Translations under genes and position numbers: made by a program
The notes under the pieces: generated by a model
Database searches by the model: none
Told to the model about the DNA's origin: nothing
The model's input: the letters and a program-made list of their open reading frames with translations, nothing else
DNA from: Raillietiella orientalis
Taxonomy: Eukaryota
Reading direction: 5' to 3'
Assembly (NCBI GenBank): GCA_036172245.1
Contig: JAYWIR010000090.1
Span: 1 to 64,000, forward strand
DNA length: 64,000 bases
Shown: piece after piece, positions 53,510 to 64,000 of the stretch
Layout of the letters: each line of letters begins with the position of its first letter
How positions within the stretch are numbered: position 1 is the first letter of the stretch

Positions 53510-55790
53510 AGGTGTGAGAGAACCCCTAATGTTGCATTTAGGAAGAATTCTGAATAGCAGCCAATAGCAGTACATTTGGAAGATGCATTCGCATGAATTC
53601 TTCCTCGCATGTCATTCAAAAATGCGCTTCCATGGAAAACATTTCATACAATATGCGCTTCACGCTTTGCTTTGTCCGGGAACGTAGAGACCTAAACTCA
53701 ATCCACCTAATTGCTATTCTTTGCTACTGTTTATAATTGAACATGCTTTCGAGTTTGCAAATTGCAATCGACGAATAAGACCAACATGAATGCAGGATAA
53801 ACGCAGATGTCCTATTTTGCATAAAGATGAATCCTACGTTCTGCTCGGACATACCGAGGTCAATTCGAAGGCGTGGTGGTCTTTGTGTGTTTTGAACCTT
53901 AAGGAGACCTGGATTCGAAGATCTGTGCATTTTTTGCGTACTGCAGTAGCCGCAGAGAGAAATCGAGCCGCATTTTACATCTACGATTTCCAAGTCAGCT
54001 GACATGAAATTCCTGAAGAATAGAGGTGTGCATCCATTTACGTTTCTTGAATTTGTACATCCCTTTTGTGAGATCAATGTTCGCTATAGAAATTGAGAAG
54101 AATTGCGGATAGTAGCCACTTAAGATCCATAAGCAGAAGGTTTGGAATACATCCTTTTCCCCATGTCATTCTAGTTGTCGTTTCCTTGGTAAAAAACAAG
54201 AAACACAACTTCCCACACATTACTTCTTACCGTGAAGCATGGGGCATCAACAGGATGCCAAGAATTCGAAGACATTGCGAAGGTATCGAATGAATTTGTC
54301 TGCGGACAGCGGAAACATTTACTGACTAATTCAATTTACCTACATGCAGGATATCTGGCGATCGTTTATAGTGTGAAAATGCATATCAAACGGTGATCTC
54401 ATTCACAGTCACGATCAACTCGAAAACGTAGTGGTCGTTGTGGGTTTAGGACTTTACACAAGCATTGAATGAAGTAGCTCTTCTTGTATTTCATATTGAA
54501 GTAGCTGCAATCAGAAGACAAACCGCAATTCAAACCGAGTATTTCGGAACCTTCTCATGAAACTTTGTTCGAAAAACCTGGGCCTATCCACTGTCACTAT
54601 CACCATTTCTACGAAACTAACGTGTGATACGAACTATGGCGTTGCAATTGAAAAGAATACCAATAAGTACCGAATTCCAATCAATTTCTAGGATGTCATG
54701 GTACGAACCATTTTGCATGTCACTCAAACATTCGCATCCATGCAAAGGAACCATGTGCTATGTGGCTCACAGATTTTATCAGCTATGGACGTTTGAGCCT
54801 AAACGGAGACCATGAAATTAAAAGACATGGCGACTGCATGTTCTTGTAAAAAGTTTACGACTACGATAATGCCTACCGAGGATCACGATTATTCTGGGTA
54901 GAAAATAACTGGCGACGTCTAACTGCTGAAAAAACCAAACCTACGTGGTTCTCTGGAATTTCATTGTCAATTCGAAAGTGTAATGGTAGTTGTGTTCTTG
55001 TGCACGTTTCAAAGAAACTGAATCTAAGTTCCACATCTCTTGCATACCGAGGTACCTGCAGAAATACGACGGGCCCCAACTGAAAACTAAAATTTCCAAA
55101 TCAATTCAGTTGACATTCTTCGTAACAAGCGGTGTGTTCTACTTGACATTGCCTGGAATCTTAGAAGCAATATGAGAGAAGAGGGTGCGGTTTTGTATTT
55201 GAGAATGGTGCATAGTACCGTACTGCAATCCATGTGAAGGTTGTTCTGGTATGAAAACTTTTTCCCATGTCATTCAAACAGTCGTTTCCATGGTGAACAC
55301 AAGAGAAGAAAAGGCGTTCCATCAATCATTTCTTCTTTCGAAGAACACACTCATATCAACGAAATCCGCAGAATTCGAAAAAACTGCGTAAGCATCTAAT
55401 TAGTGATTCTTTTTTGTGCGGCAGCATTACCTTACAAATGCGATTTACTTACGATGCAAGATAACTGGCTGTGTTCTTTTATGTCAAAATGTGTAAAGCA
55501 AGCTCTTCTCATTCATTGTCATGGTCAAATCAAAAGAGTAGTGTTGGAATCTGTGTTGTACACCCGAAACAGACACTGCTTGAAAAAGATCAACATTTCG
55601 TTCATACTGAAGCATCTGCAGAAAAACGACGAACCTTATTTCAAACGAAGAAATTCCAATTCAGTATAGAATTCGTTATTCGTAAACTGCCGCACAGACA
55701 TCAAGCGTACCTACACCTGTACTTAATTGAGGTGCGAGAGAACCCCTAATGTTATATTTAGGAAGAATTGTGAATAGCAGCCAATAGCAT
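53510..55790 (+). repeat. Degenerate tandem array of ~555-bp units with coding-like content (more diverged relatives at about 51400-52400)
   Basis: catgtca[tc]tc recurs near 53608, 54161, 54717 and 55267. atgca[ga]gata recurs near 53790, 54344 and 55454. A 59-bp segment at 53511 recurs at 55731 (2220 bp = 4 x 555) with 4 mismatches. Confidence 0.75.
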
Positions 55791-56326
55791 ACGGCAAGAA
55801 GGTTGTGAGGCGGCCGGCGGAAGGCAAAGGCCCGGAAACATCCGAGTCCGAAGCGGAAGCCGGAAGCGCTCCCTCCAGTACCCTCCCGAAAAGGAAGGCG
55901 GGGCGGAAGTCCCAGAACCCTGGGCGCGTCGTTCCCCCTCAGGTGGAGGAGGTAATGCCCTCAGAGAACGAGGAGGCAATGTCCGCGATGTCACGCGACT
56001 CCTCGGTGGAAAAAAGAACACCGCCGGAGGATACTAGTTTACAATGTCCAGGAATGCACGAGACTCCTTTAGCCGAAGCGATGCCCGTCGACCAGGACAA
56101 CGACCATCCGCCTCCCGAACAGGAGATGGAAACAAAATCGCCACCAACATCAACAGAGTGATGCGTGGAATCGCCTCTTGCCGGCAATCAAGCATAGCCT
56201 GTTGGAATGTCAACGGGCTGCCTGACGAAGGCAAGAGGCGCGGGATGGCCGACACCCTGCGACCTTTCGACCTGGCTCTTCTCCAAGAGACGCATGCGCT
56301 CAGAGGAGAGGACGTCCAGGAGATTT
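55790..56326 (+). mobile_element. Element G: ORF1 tail and first ~55 codons of ORF2, cut by the 3' end of element C
   Basis: The ORF1 tail ends in TGA at 56161, overlapping the ATG of MRGIASCRQSSIACWNVNGL...ALLQETH. Confidence 0.85.
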
Positions 56327-56699
56327 CTCACCCGGTCACGCCGGGGCGTTTATTTCATATAAATAGAAATAGAAATATATATATATATATAATATTTCAT
56401 ATAAATAGAAATAAATATATAAAATAAACCAGTTGGGGACAATGCCCCCAACCGACGACGGCACAAGTATCAAGAGAATATTGCTGGCACGCAGGCCAGA
56501 ATTACACAGAACGGTTTGTGGGAACTGGGAAAACAAACAAACAAATACAAAATAAAAAGAAATCAACGGGGACAAGGGTCTTTGGGATCGCTCTGGTTCT
56601 TTCCGGTATAATAGTAATGGCACCGGTATTTTAGCAGAGCGAGCGGGGAAGGGGTATGGGTGGGCTTCAGGACGTAGTGGTCACCGGATTAAGCCGTTC

Positions 56700-59600
56700 C
56701 TAAAAGTGTGTAAACCGGCGGTGGATGCCGGCAATGTCCTCTTTGACCTCGTCACGAAGATGAGACCACCTAGCAGCGTTTTTCATGGATTCCGCTGCAA
56801 ACCGGTGAGCCTCCCTTCGCTGCGCTGACAACTCCAGGGCGTAGCGGGCCTCCACGATGGCGCGAATGCAACACATGGTTGCGACAATCGCGCCTACCGA
56901 AAATCCATTGCTCCTGAAGAAGCGCCGCAGCACATCAATGGCAGTGCCTCCCTGCGGCAGGATGGCTGAAATCAGCCTTCGCCACAGTTCACGGAGGTCA
57001 CCGCAGTCCATCAAGAGGTGCGGAAAAGACTCGATCTCACCGCACCTCAAACAGTTTGGCGGAGCAGCTCCCCCGGAAACGATGCTTCGCTGCCGATTAC
57101 AGTGGAAGCCCCAGTGTAAAAAGAGCAGCACATCTTGTTTCCACTTTAAGGGGAACACGGAGCTGTCCAAACAAACGGGGGGGACCACTATCACTTCGGG
57201 GGGTACACTTAAATGTTCACTCCACCGAAGCAGGCCATTCGCCCGATTACGAGGAGTGGCAGCTTAGAACAGCTCCTTTGTCGTCCAGCAGCCGAGGAGC
57301 TTACTGACTCCCGCTATTGAGCAGAACTCCCATTTCGCCGGTAGGCAACTGTCGTTGCTTGCCCTGAGGGCAGACAGCGCTGCGGCGAGCGGTGTGGCGG
57401 CCAGACGATCCGACATCTTCTTGTCCTGCATGACTTCGTCCATTGGATGACTGAGGAGAAGTCGCAGGCGCCGAAGATCTTCCGGGCGCGTTCCTTCGGA
57501 AGCTGCCCACGATGAAAAAGATTCCTGCCGCCATGCATTAATGTTCATGGGGCGGCAGGAGATCCAGCTTTGGGCTTCTAGCAGTGAGGACAGCTGCCTC
57601 AGCGGGAAGCCAAACCCTATTATGGTGTGCCGAAAGTGGGGCAGCAACGAAAGCAGTCCCTCGCTTCTTGTGCAGTGCCTCAGTATAAGTCGTGCGGGTA
57701 AGCACCACGGCGTACACCACAGCTTGGCACACAGCCGCAGCATTCGAAACTGCACCTGCAGCTCGATGCTTTTTAAGTCTAGGGTGCCCAAGCCTGCATC
57801 CTGACGTGGCGCCACCAAGTCTTTAAGTCTTACGCGGGATCTTGCAGCGCCCCACAATGTTTTGCGTAGAAGGTGCTGCGCCCAGACTTTGACTTCCTGG
57901 GGGGGTGGACAAACAAAAAACAGGGGACGGAGGAGGGAAGCAACGAAGGTGTTCCAGATGCTGGCTCGTTCCGGCAAGACGAACTCGCCTCCTGAGAACG
58001 GGCCAAGTGCACGCTCTGCCTTCCGAAGGCAGTCCGACCACGCTTCTGAGATGCAGAAGTCGCCCAACGGCACGCCAAGGTACCTTAGATACCTGCCCGT
58101 GGGGATCCCCAGGCGGATCCAGTCGGACTGCCCCTCCAAAGTCGCTCCAACCGGAACAACCAGGCTCTTGCTCCTGTTGACGCTCACGCCCGCACCGCGA
58201 CGGATCAACTCAAAGAAATCTTCAAGCGACGCCGCCGGGGTGGACATGGGCAACAGAAGAAGCAGGTCGTCGGCATAGGCTGCCACGGCCGGCGTACCTG
58301 AAGAGGAGCTCGGCAGGTTGGCTAGCGTCAGCCTGTAAGCCTCCAGAACCATTTCAAAATAGATGCTAAAGAGCAGCGGCCTCAAGCTATCGCCCTGCCT
58401 AATTCCTCGCCTAACCGGCACGCCGTACACGTGACAGCCACTGGAAACAATGGATGTAATCGCGTGGTGCCAGCAGGAGCGCAAGTACGCCAACAGGGAT
58501 GCCGGGAGGCCCAGACGTTCCAAGAGCTCAAGAAGAAGCTTTTGGTTCACGCAATCGAAAGCTTTGTGCAAATCGACTGCAACCGCCAAGGCTCCCGGTG
58601 TTTCCCTTTGCGACCCGCGCCTCCGTCGGTGAGAGATCGAAGGCGTCGCTTCCGAACGACGATCCACCGCCACACGATGCTGCAATTGCAGCCATGTGCG
58701 GATGAACAAGAGATTCGCGTCCATGGACCGCCCAGGAACAGCGTACGTCTGCTCCGGACTTACCAAGGATTCCGCGATCCTACCCATCCGCGCCACCCAA
58801 AGTTTCGAGAACAACTTGACGTCCGAATTCACTAATGTGATCGGACGCCAGTTGTTCAGTTGGCGCAAATCTCCGCCTTTCGGCAGTAGACGCACCTTCG
58901 CTGAGCGAAACGAGGCGGGGACATCGCGCGAGTCTCGCATCAGCGACGAGAGCTGGAGCACCAGAGGGATGAGCTCCGCCGCAAAACACTGAAAGAATTC
59001 CGCGGGGAGCCCATCTTCGCCTGGCTCTTTTCGTCTCTTGAGTCCCGAGATGGCCGAGGAAATTTCCTCTGCCGTGAAGGGCTCATCCAGACGCGCGCGT
59101 TCCTCCTCGTCTACAACACGTGCATCGATCGGCAGAAGCAGCTCGGAGAGACTGCATACCGTTGGTGCCTCTGCATACAGAGAAGAGTAATAGCGCCTGA
59201 CTATCCGTCGCACGTCGGCTGGAGCCGAGCATTCCCGGTCCTGGTCGTCGAGCAGAACTGTCGCCCCTGACTGCCAGACCTGGCGCTCGGCCTTGGCCTT
59301 GTACTCGGATAATCGACCAACGTCCGCGCGCCTGGAGTAAGAGCGGGCCTGCAGAAAATCTCTGCTGTTGGCTACACCCTCTCCGAAGCCGCGCGGAAGC
59401 TGGTGCAAGGGAAACCGGCAGCAAAACTCGCGGACCGATCTTTTCACATCGTCCCAGTTAGCGAGCTCACTTATGGCGAAGCCGCGGAGGTCCTGGAGAA
59501 GATGCTCCGCCGCATCCGGGTGACTTAGCCAGTCTGCCGGCATCCTCCAAACATAGTTTGGAGGCCCCTTGCCTGGCGGGAGCAACTCGAACTCGAGCCT

Positions 59601-60269
59601 GTTGTGGTCTGAAAGCACGGACGGCATGGGAAATCTCCGACCCACTCGAGAGAGCAAGTGTTCATCGAGGAATACATGGTCCGGTGATGTCGCCATAACA
59701 GGGTCCTTAGCGAACAAGCTGCACGCGTGCACGGACGCGTACATCTCTTCCACTAGCAACTTTTCCCTTTTGTGTGCGCTATTCCCGGTCAGCAGTTGGA
59801 CGTTTAAGTCCCCCGCAATGAAATGCGCCACAGTAGGGTGAGAACGAGTGAGCCACTGGCTCTGAACGGTACCGAAGAACTCAATCCTTTCGGCCCATCG
59901 TCCAGCACCGCTCGGCGCGTACACGTTGGTTACGACAAGGTCGGTCGAGTCGGACCACTTGAGTACAAGCTGTCCCACTCGGCCTTTCGTGTCGAAACGA
60001 ACGCTGCGCACCGCTCCCGCCAAAGTTCCTCGCACGAGGAAAGCGACGCCGCACGTACGTGCAGCGCCGTACCTATAAAGTAGCGTTCCGCCTGCGCGCC
60101 GTTCGATTTCGGCAGCCTGCTCTCCAGAGATGCTGTGAATCTCCTGCAGGAGCGTCAAGTCGAAGGCGCGCAGAGCGTCAGCCACTAGTCGCCTCTTCTC
60201 CTCGTGTTGGAGCCCGTTGACGTTCCAAGACGTTACGGCAACACGACGAGAACACGCGATTGCCCTCAT
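56700..60269 (-). pseudogene. ORF2 of element C: APE endonuclease, reverse transcriptase, C-terminal zinc finger (~1190 codons, one premature TAA)
   Basis: SWNVNG, LQE, NVYAP, GDLN, PDH, SDH; PGEDG, WRPITL, DLHKAFD, RQGD, YADD, RYLGV; CLRC..ES..HLLMDC. Track ORFs 57264..60272 and 56700..57194 share one frame, separated by TAA at 57266-57264. Confidence 0.93.
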
Positions 60270-60961
60270 CACGGCTGGGAAAGCGAGGCCGTGGTGTTCG
60301 CCTCACCCGGCGAGCGGGCAGTAAGTAGCACGACGGGCTGGAGGGCGCGGTCGCCACCGGCCTCAACTGTGCTGCACGTAATCGGGTGCTCCTTCCCGGG
60401 TGCAGAACCTGTGGGTTCCGGGGTGAGCACTCGCCGTTCCGCAGCGAATGTGTCACGCCTCAGGACTTTAGCCCTGCGGGCGCTCGCTCCCGCGTGAGTA
60501 ACGCGTCGTTCAGCGGCGCTATCGGACTCCTTGTCGGAGTCTGATGCTCGCACGATCGACGTGCGCTTGCATCCGTCCGATTGCACCGGAATGGTCTTCT
60601 CGGCCGTCACAGAAGCGGACTTGCAAGCGTTGAAGGCGCTGGCTTTTTCCTTGGAAGAGGTACAAGCCGCGCGTGTTTTCGTATTCACGCGAGTGCTTTT
60701 TCCTTTGGAAGAGTTCAGGGATGGATGTTGCGAAGCCTTTTTTGGAGATTTTTCTTTCCTCCTCCCCACAACCTTCCATTCGCCTTTGCGATTTTCGGAG
60801 GCTTCCGCGACGATAGTTGCGGAAACCTCCGGGATTTTCGCTGCTTTCTCTGGGGGCGTTGCTTTCGCTACGCTTTTGAAAGGCGGCAACGGAGTCACCT
60901 TCTTGACAGTCGGGAGATCGCTCCTCTCCTGCCGAGTCGGTGAACTTGCTTCGCGGCTCAA
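60269..60961 (-). pseudogene. C-terminal half of ORF1 of element C
   Basis: Low-complexity basic region with GEWKVVGRRK. Its TGA overlaps the ORF2 ATG (TGATG). Confidence 0.75.
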
Positions 60962-61110
60962 AGTCTTGTGCGCTCGACAACATAATCAGTTAATTGTGCT
61001 CGTGTGTGCCCGGAGAGGGGAAGTTTTCCAGACGAAACTACAAAAGAAGCGGCGAGGAGATCGCGGCAAAAGACCTGCAGTGGTCCCGTGCAGCAAGACC
61101 AGCTGCGAGG

Positions 61111-62897
61111 ATGCAGGCACCTAGAGGAGGAGTGGAGAGACCGTCGTCCCCCATGGAAGCCATGGAGGTAACGTGCGGCAACGGCGAGGCGGTGGCAAGC
61201 ATGCCGAGGATCGCGCCCGCGGCGGGCTTTGCTGCGCCGGCGACGGCGATGCCAAGGGTCGTGCCCGCGATGACGACGGCGGAGTTCGTACCCGCGGCGG
61301 CGACGCCGAGGATCGTGTCCGCGGCGGGGAAGGTCGCGCCTGCGGCGGCGATGCCGAGGGTGCCGCCCGCGGCAGCAGCGGTGGCGACGTCGAGGGTTGC
61401 GCTCGCGGCGGCGGCGTCCCAGGCAGGACCCGCGGGCGTCCACGCGGTGCAGGGCGAGACGCCATCTTGTTCGGCTGCGGCGGCGCAGCCCTTGTCCTAT
61501 GCGTCGGTGGCGGCTGGACAAGCGAGTGTCCACCCACCAAGAAAATTCGGGAAGCCGCTATGCGGCAAAGTCCAAAAGGTGGATCGGCAAATCGCGGAAT
61601 TAGGGCCGAATGTGAAGCCCATCATTTTCAAGACAGGGCTGATCAAATTTAATAATATCAGGGAGGTGTATCTGTCCCTCGATAAAACGGATATCAATTT
61701 TGATAGCATACAGGCGATCATACCGGCAAATAAAGGGTTCACAGTCTTCACAGACTGTAAAAATATTAGAGAGCATTTGATCCAGAAGGGGATCAATATA
61801 CAAGGGAGGATGGTTTGTGGTATTGGCGAAATGCCATACACAACCGTGTTTCTGAACGGCATCTCCATCCTCACACCGCAACTAACGGTGTGGAACTTTT
61901 TGGAGCAGTATGGGGAAGTTCTGGACCTTGAATTCCAGAACTTCTCTGGAAATATATTTTCTGGCGACATGATCGCCAAAATGAAGTTGAAAGAGGGAGC
62001 TGTGATCCCTGGATAAGCCGTTCTTGACGAACAATCCCAGGGAGTGAACGTGCGTTACCGGCAACAACCGATATTCTGCACCGGGTGCAAGCAGTTCGGC
62101 CACAGGGCCGGCGCTTGCCCAACGTGTCGTTGTTTCCGCTGCGGCAAAGTAGGACATCAAGTCCGAAACTGCCCGCAGCCGGAGGTGTGCTCCTTCTGCA
62201 AGAAACACGGACATGCCAAATGGAGCTGTCCGGAGTTTGCAAACTGCAGAAGGATTCGAGGTCTCTCTCCCGTGAGAGAGAGAAACACCAAGGAGGCGGA
62301 ACAGCCTCAGAAGGCAGGAAGGCCGAAGAAGGTGAAAGGAGCCGTCCCGGTATCAGAAGACGGCTTCATACAGGTAGGGAGAAAGGAAAGAGGAGGATGC
62401 TCGTCAAGGAGCAAGAAACCCCTCTTATACTACAAGGTGAAGAGCAAGAAGGCGAGAAGATGGAGGTAGCGCAGGAAGGCGCGGAAGAAGAAATAGCCGA
62501 AGCCACTCCGGTGTCGCAGGAGGCCCTGCAATCTACGGAGGAGTTGGCATCACTGGCTAATGAAGTCCTAGAGGTGCAGAGCGGTCCCCAGCAAGAGAAA
62601 ATCTTGCAGAAGATCTGCAATGCACAGGAGAAGGTCAACCAGGTTGTGAAGGTCACCGAGCGCGAAAAGCTAGAGGAACAGCTTCTCGACGTAAAGGCGA
62701 ACTTCTGCGCCAAGGTCCAGATAAAGACGCTATCTCGAAAACTGATCGCGCGGGCCGAACACTCGACGGAGGAGGCGGAAGTAACCGACCTCACCGGAAC
62801 AGAGAGTGATGCCGGCAGCGAGAAGCCCACTGCTTCTTTATTGTCTGGAAGAGCACGCTCTCTCAGACAGAAAAAGCTCAGGAAGGCCAAGAAATAG
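61111..62897 (+). pseudogene. ORF1 of element D (Ala-rich repeats, RRM-like domain, three CCHC knuckles, acidic/coiled tail); one TAA and one frameshift
   Basis: SYASVAA, FLEQYGEV, CTGCKQFGHRAGAC, CFRCGKVGHQVRNC and CSFCKKHGHAKWSC. In-frame TAA at 62014-62016; probable frameshift near 62390 into the 62085..62897 frame. Confidence 0.85.
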
Positions 62898-62910
62898 GTC
62901 TTCCCCTTTT

Positions 62911-64000
62911 ATGGCCTCTTCCCTATCGACCGCCAGGAGGCTGAACATCGCCTCCTGGAATGTAAACGGTATGGTCGACCAGGGAAAAAGAAAAAGGATT
63001 GTGCGGACCATCGCAGAACAAGACATAGTGTGCCTGCAGGAGACCCACAAGATGGGTCTCGAGATTAGTCAGCAAATGGAACGGCGATTCAACGGGCAGA
63101 TTTTCGTCAGCGAGGGAGAACGGAACACGCAGGGCGTGGCGGTCCTAAAGAAGAACAACTTGGCCCCCACTATTCTGGAAGTGTTCTGTCCCCAACCCGG
63201 ACGAATCATCGGCGTGCGACTGGCCTGGTCCGCTACTGTTCACCTCATCCTGGTGAACGTGTACGGGCCGCACAGGCTAGAACATCGTTGTGTGGAGGCG
63301 CTGCATGCAGCACTCCGTGAAAAGGTTGCTTCCAAGGACGTCGTGATTGTTGCTGGCGATCTCAACATATTGGATGAGATCACTCACTCCGATGACGCCA
63401 GAGGAAGGACGGCGTATCGGCGGTTATCCGACGAGTTCGGACTGGTGTGGCGAACTGCAAGTCACAAGCCGATCGATCACGTCCTGCACAGCACCGAACT
63501 TGGGAATCGCATCCAGGGTTTTCGAGACATTATGACCACGGTGTCCGATCACCCCCTGGTGCGGTTTTCCCTAAGAACGGAGAATCCTCGGCGGAGGCAA
63601 GGCACCAGGGCGGCGCTCATCAGCATGCCCGCCTGGTTCGAAACCCATCCCGGACATCAGGCTGTCCTGGAGACGATTCTGAAGGCAACAACAATCCGAA
63701 GAGTCGCCGACTGGGACAGCCTGAAACACAGGAGACACCTGTTTGCAAACATGCAGTTCGGAGATTGGCGCTTGAGGCAGGAGGCGTACCGGGAGCTGAA
63801 CATCCAAGATTGCTCACTCTCAAAGTACTTCGATCAGTACGAGAGTCGGTACGTCTTCAAGAACATAAAAGGGGGAGTCGGTGTGCTGGAGAAGAGAAAT
63901 CTGGCAACAGATATCTTCTGCATCCAGTACGACGGTCAAAAGCGACAGTCGTCTGAGGACATCGTGAATGCCTTTCAAAGGCATTACACGAAACACTTTA
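62911..64000 (+). CDS. ORF2 of element D, APE-type endonuclease and linker (open to the window end; absent from the ORF track)
   Basis: Manual translation from ATG 62911: MASSLSTARRLNIASWNVNG...CLQETH...GVAVL...NVYGP...AGDLN...IDHV...SDHP...DWDSLK; no stop up to 64000. Confidence 0.92.
   Translation, partial: MASSLSTARRLNIASWNVNGMVDQGKRKRIVRTIAEQDIVCLQETHKMGLEISQQMERRFNGQIFVSEGERNTQGVAVLKKNNLAPTILEVFCPQPGRIIGVRLAWSATVHLILVNVYGPHRLEHRCVEALHAALREKVASKDVVIVAGDLNILDEITHSDDARGRTAYRRLSDEFGLVWRTASHKPIDHVLHSTELGNRIQGFRDIMTTVSDHPLVRFSLRTENPRRRQGTRAALISMPAWFETHPGHQAVLETILKATTIRRVADWDSLKHRRHLFANMQFGDWRLRQEAYRELNIQDCSLSKYFDQYESRYVFKNIKGGVGVLEKRNLATDIFCIQYDGQKRQSSEDIVNAFQRHYTKHF

Larger units (their letters stand above)
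56327..60961 (-). mobile_element. Element C: L1/Tx1-like element with ORF1 C-terminal half, complete ORF2 and 3' UTR
   Basis: 3' terminus AATAAACGCCCCGGCGTGACCGGGT (56354-56330), hairpin at 56432-56452. The 5' side stops inside ORF1 at the start of element D. Confidence 0.95.
60962..64000 (+). mobile_element. Element D: 5' part of a divergent subfamily member (5' UTR, ORF1, ORF2 start; runs off the window)
   Basis: ORF1 with three CCHC knuckles, followed after a 13-nt spacer by an endonuclease ORF. Confidence 0.92.

Noticed and set aside
53510..55790. CRISPR-like or prokaryotic repeat system
   Set aside because: The DNA is eukaryotic with spliceosomal introns, the repeats are long and degenerate without spacer structure, and no cas-like ORFs are present.
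56350..56425. (AT)n tract and short duplication in the 3' UTR of element C
   Set aside because: Ordinary microsatellite slippage, absent from the other copies.
57264..57266. All clear premature stops in the young elements are TAA (1553, 3401, 3644, 57264, 62014), suggesting stop-codon reassignment or readthrough
   Set aside because: The host gene WDR48 ends in TAA, the stops replace different residues (Tyr, Glu, others), and frameshifts co-occur. Ordinary AT-biased decay is sufficient.
57301..62900. Numerous antisense and alternate-frame ORFs in the track over the retrotransposons
   Set aside because: Expected shadows of GC-rich coding sequence; no recognisable motifs.

Overview
Eukaryotic (animal, probably invertebrate) AT-rich genomic DNA with compact genes that have many 40-50-nt introns. 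Host genes: a PLEKHM2/SKIP-like gene (-) head-to-head with TMEM199/VMA12 (+), then WDR48, an Mpv17-family gene, OAF (out at first) and SCYL1 (all +). The most striking feature is three clusters (1-4250, about 31450-37970, 55790-64000) of one L1/Tx1-like non-LTR retrotransposon family (CCHC-knuckle ORF1; APE endonuclease-RT-zinc finger ORF2). In these clusters fragments of different subfamilies abut directly and alternate strand at every junction I could resolve, often near the ORF1/ORF2 boundary. This looks like self-targeted antisense nesting. The elements share a covarying triloop hairpin, AATAAA and a terminal CCCGG/CCGGG hairpin at the 3' end, have no long poly(A), and encode an endonuclease that appears to lack the target-recognition beta-hairpin. 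Also present: a mitochondrial 16S rRNA insertion flanked by a 26-bp direct repeat inside the TMEM199 intron, a degenerate ~555-bp coding-like tandem array, and DNA-transposon remnants. All homology calls come from motif recognition by eye; no searches were run, and boundaries of degenerate elements are approximate.
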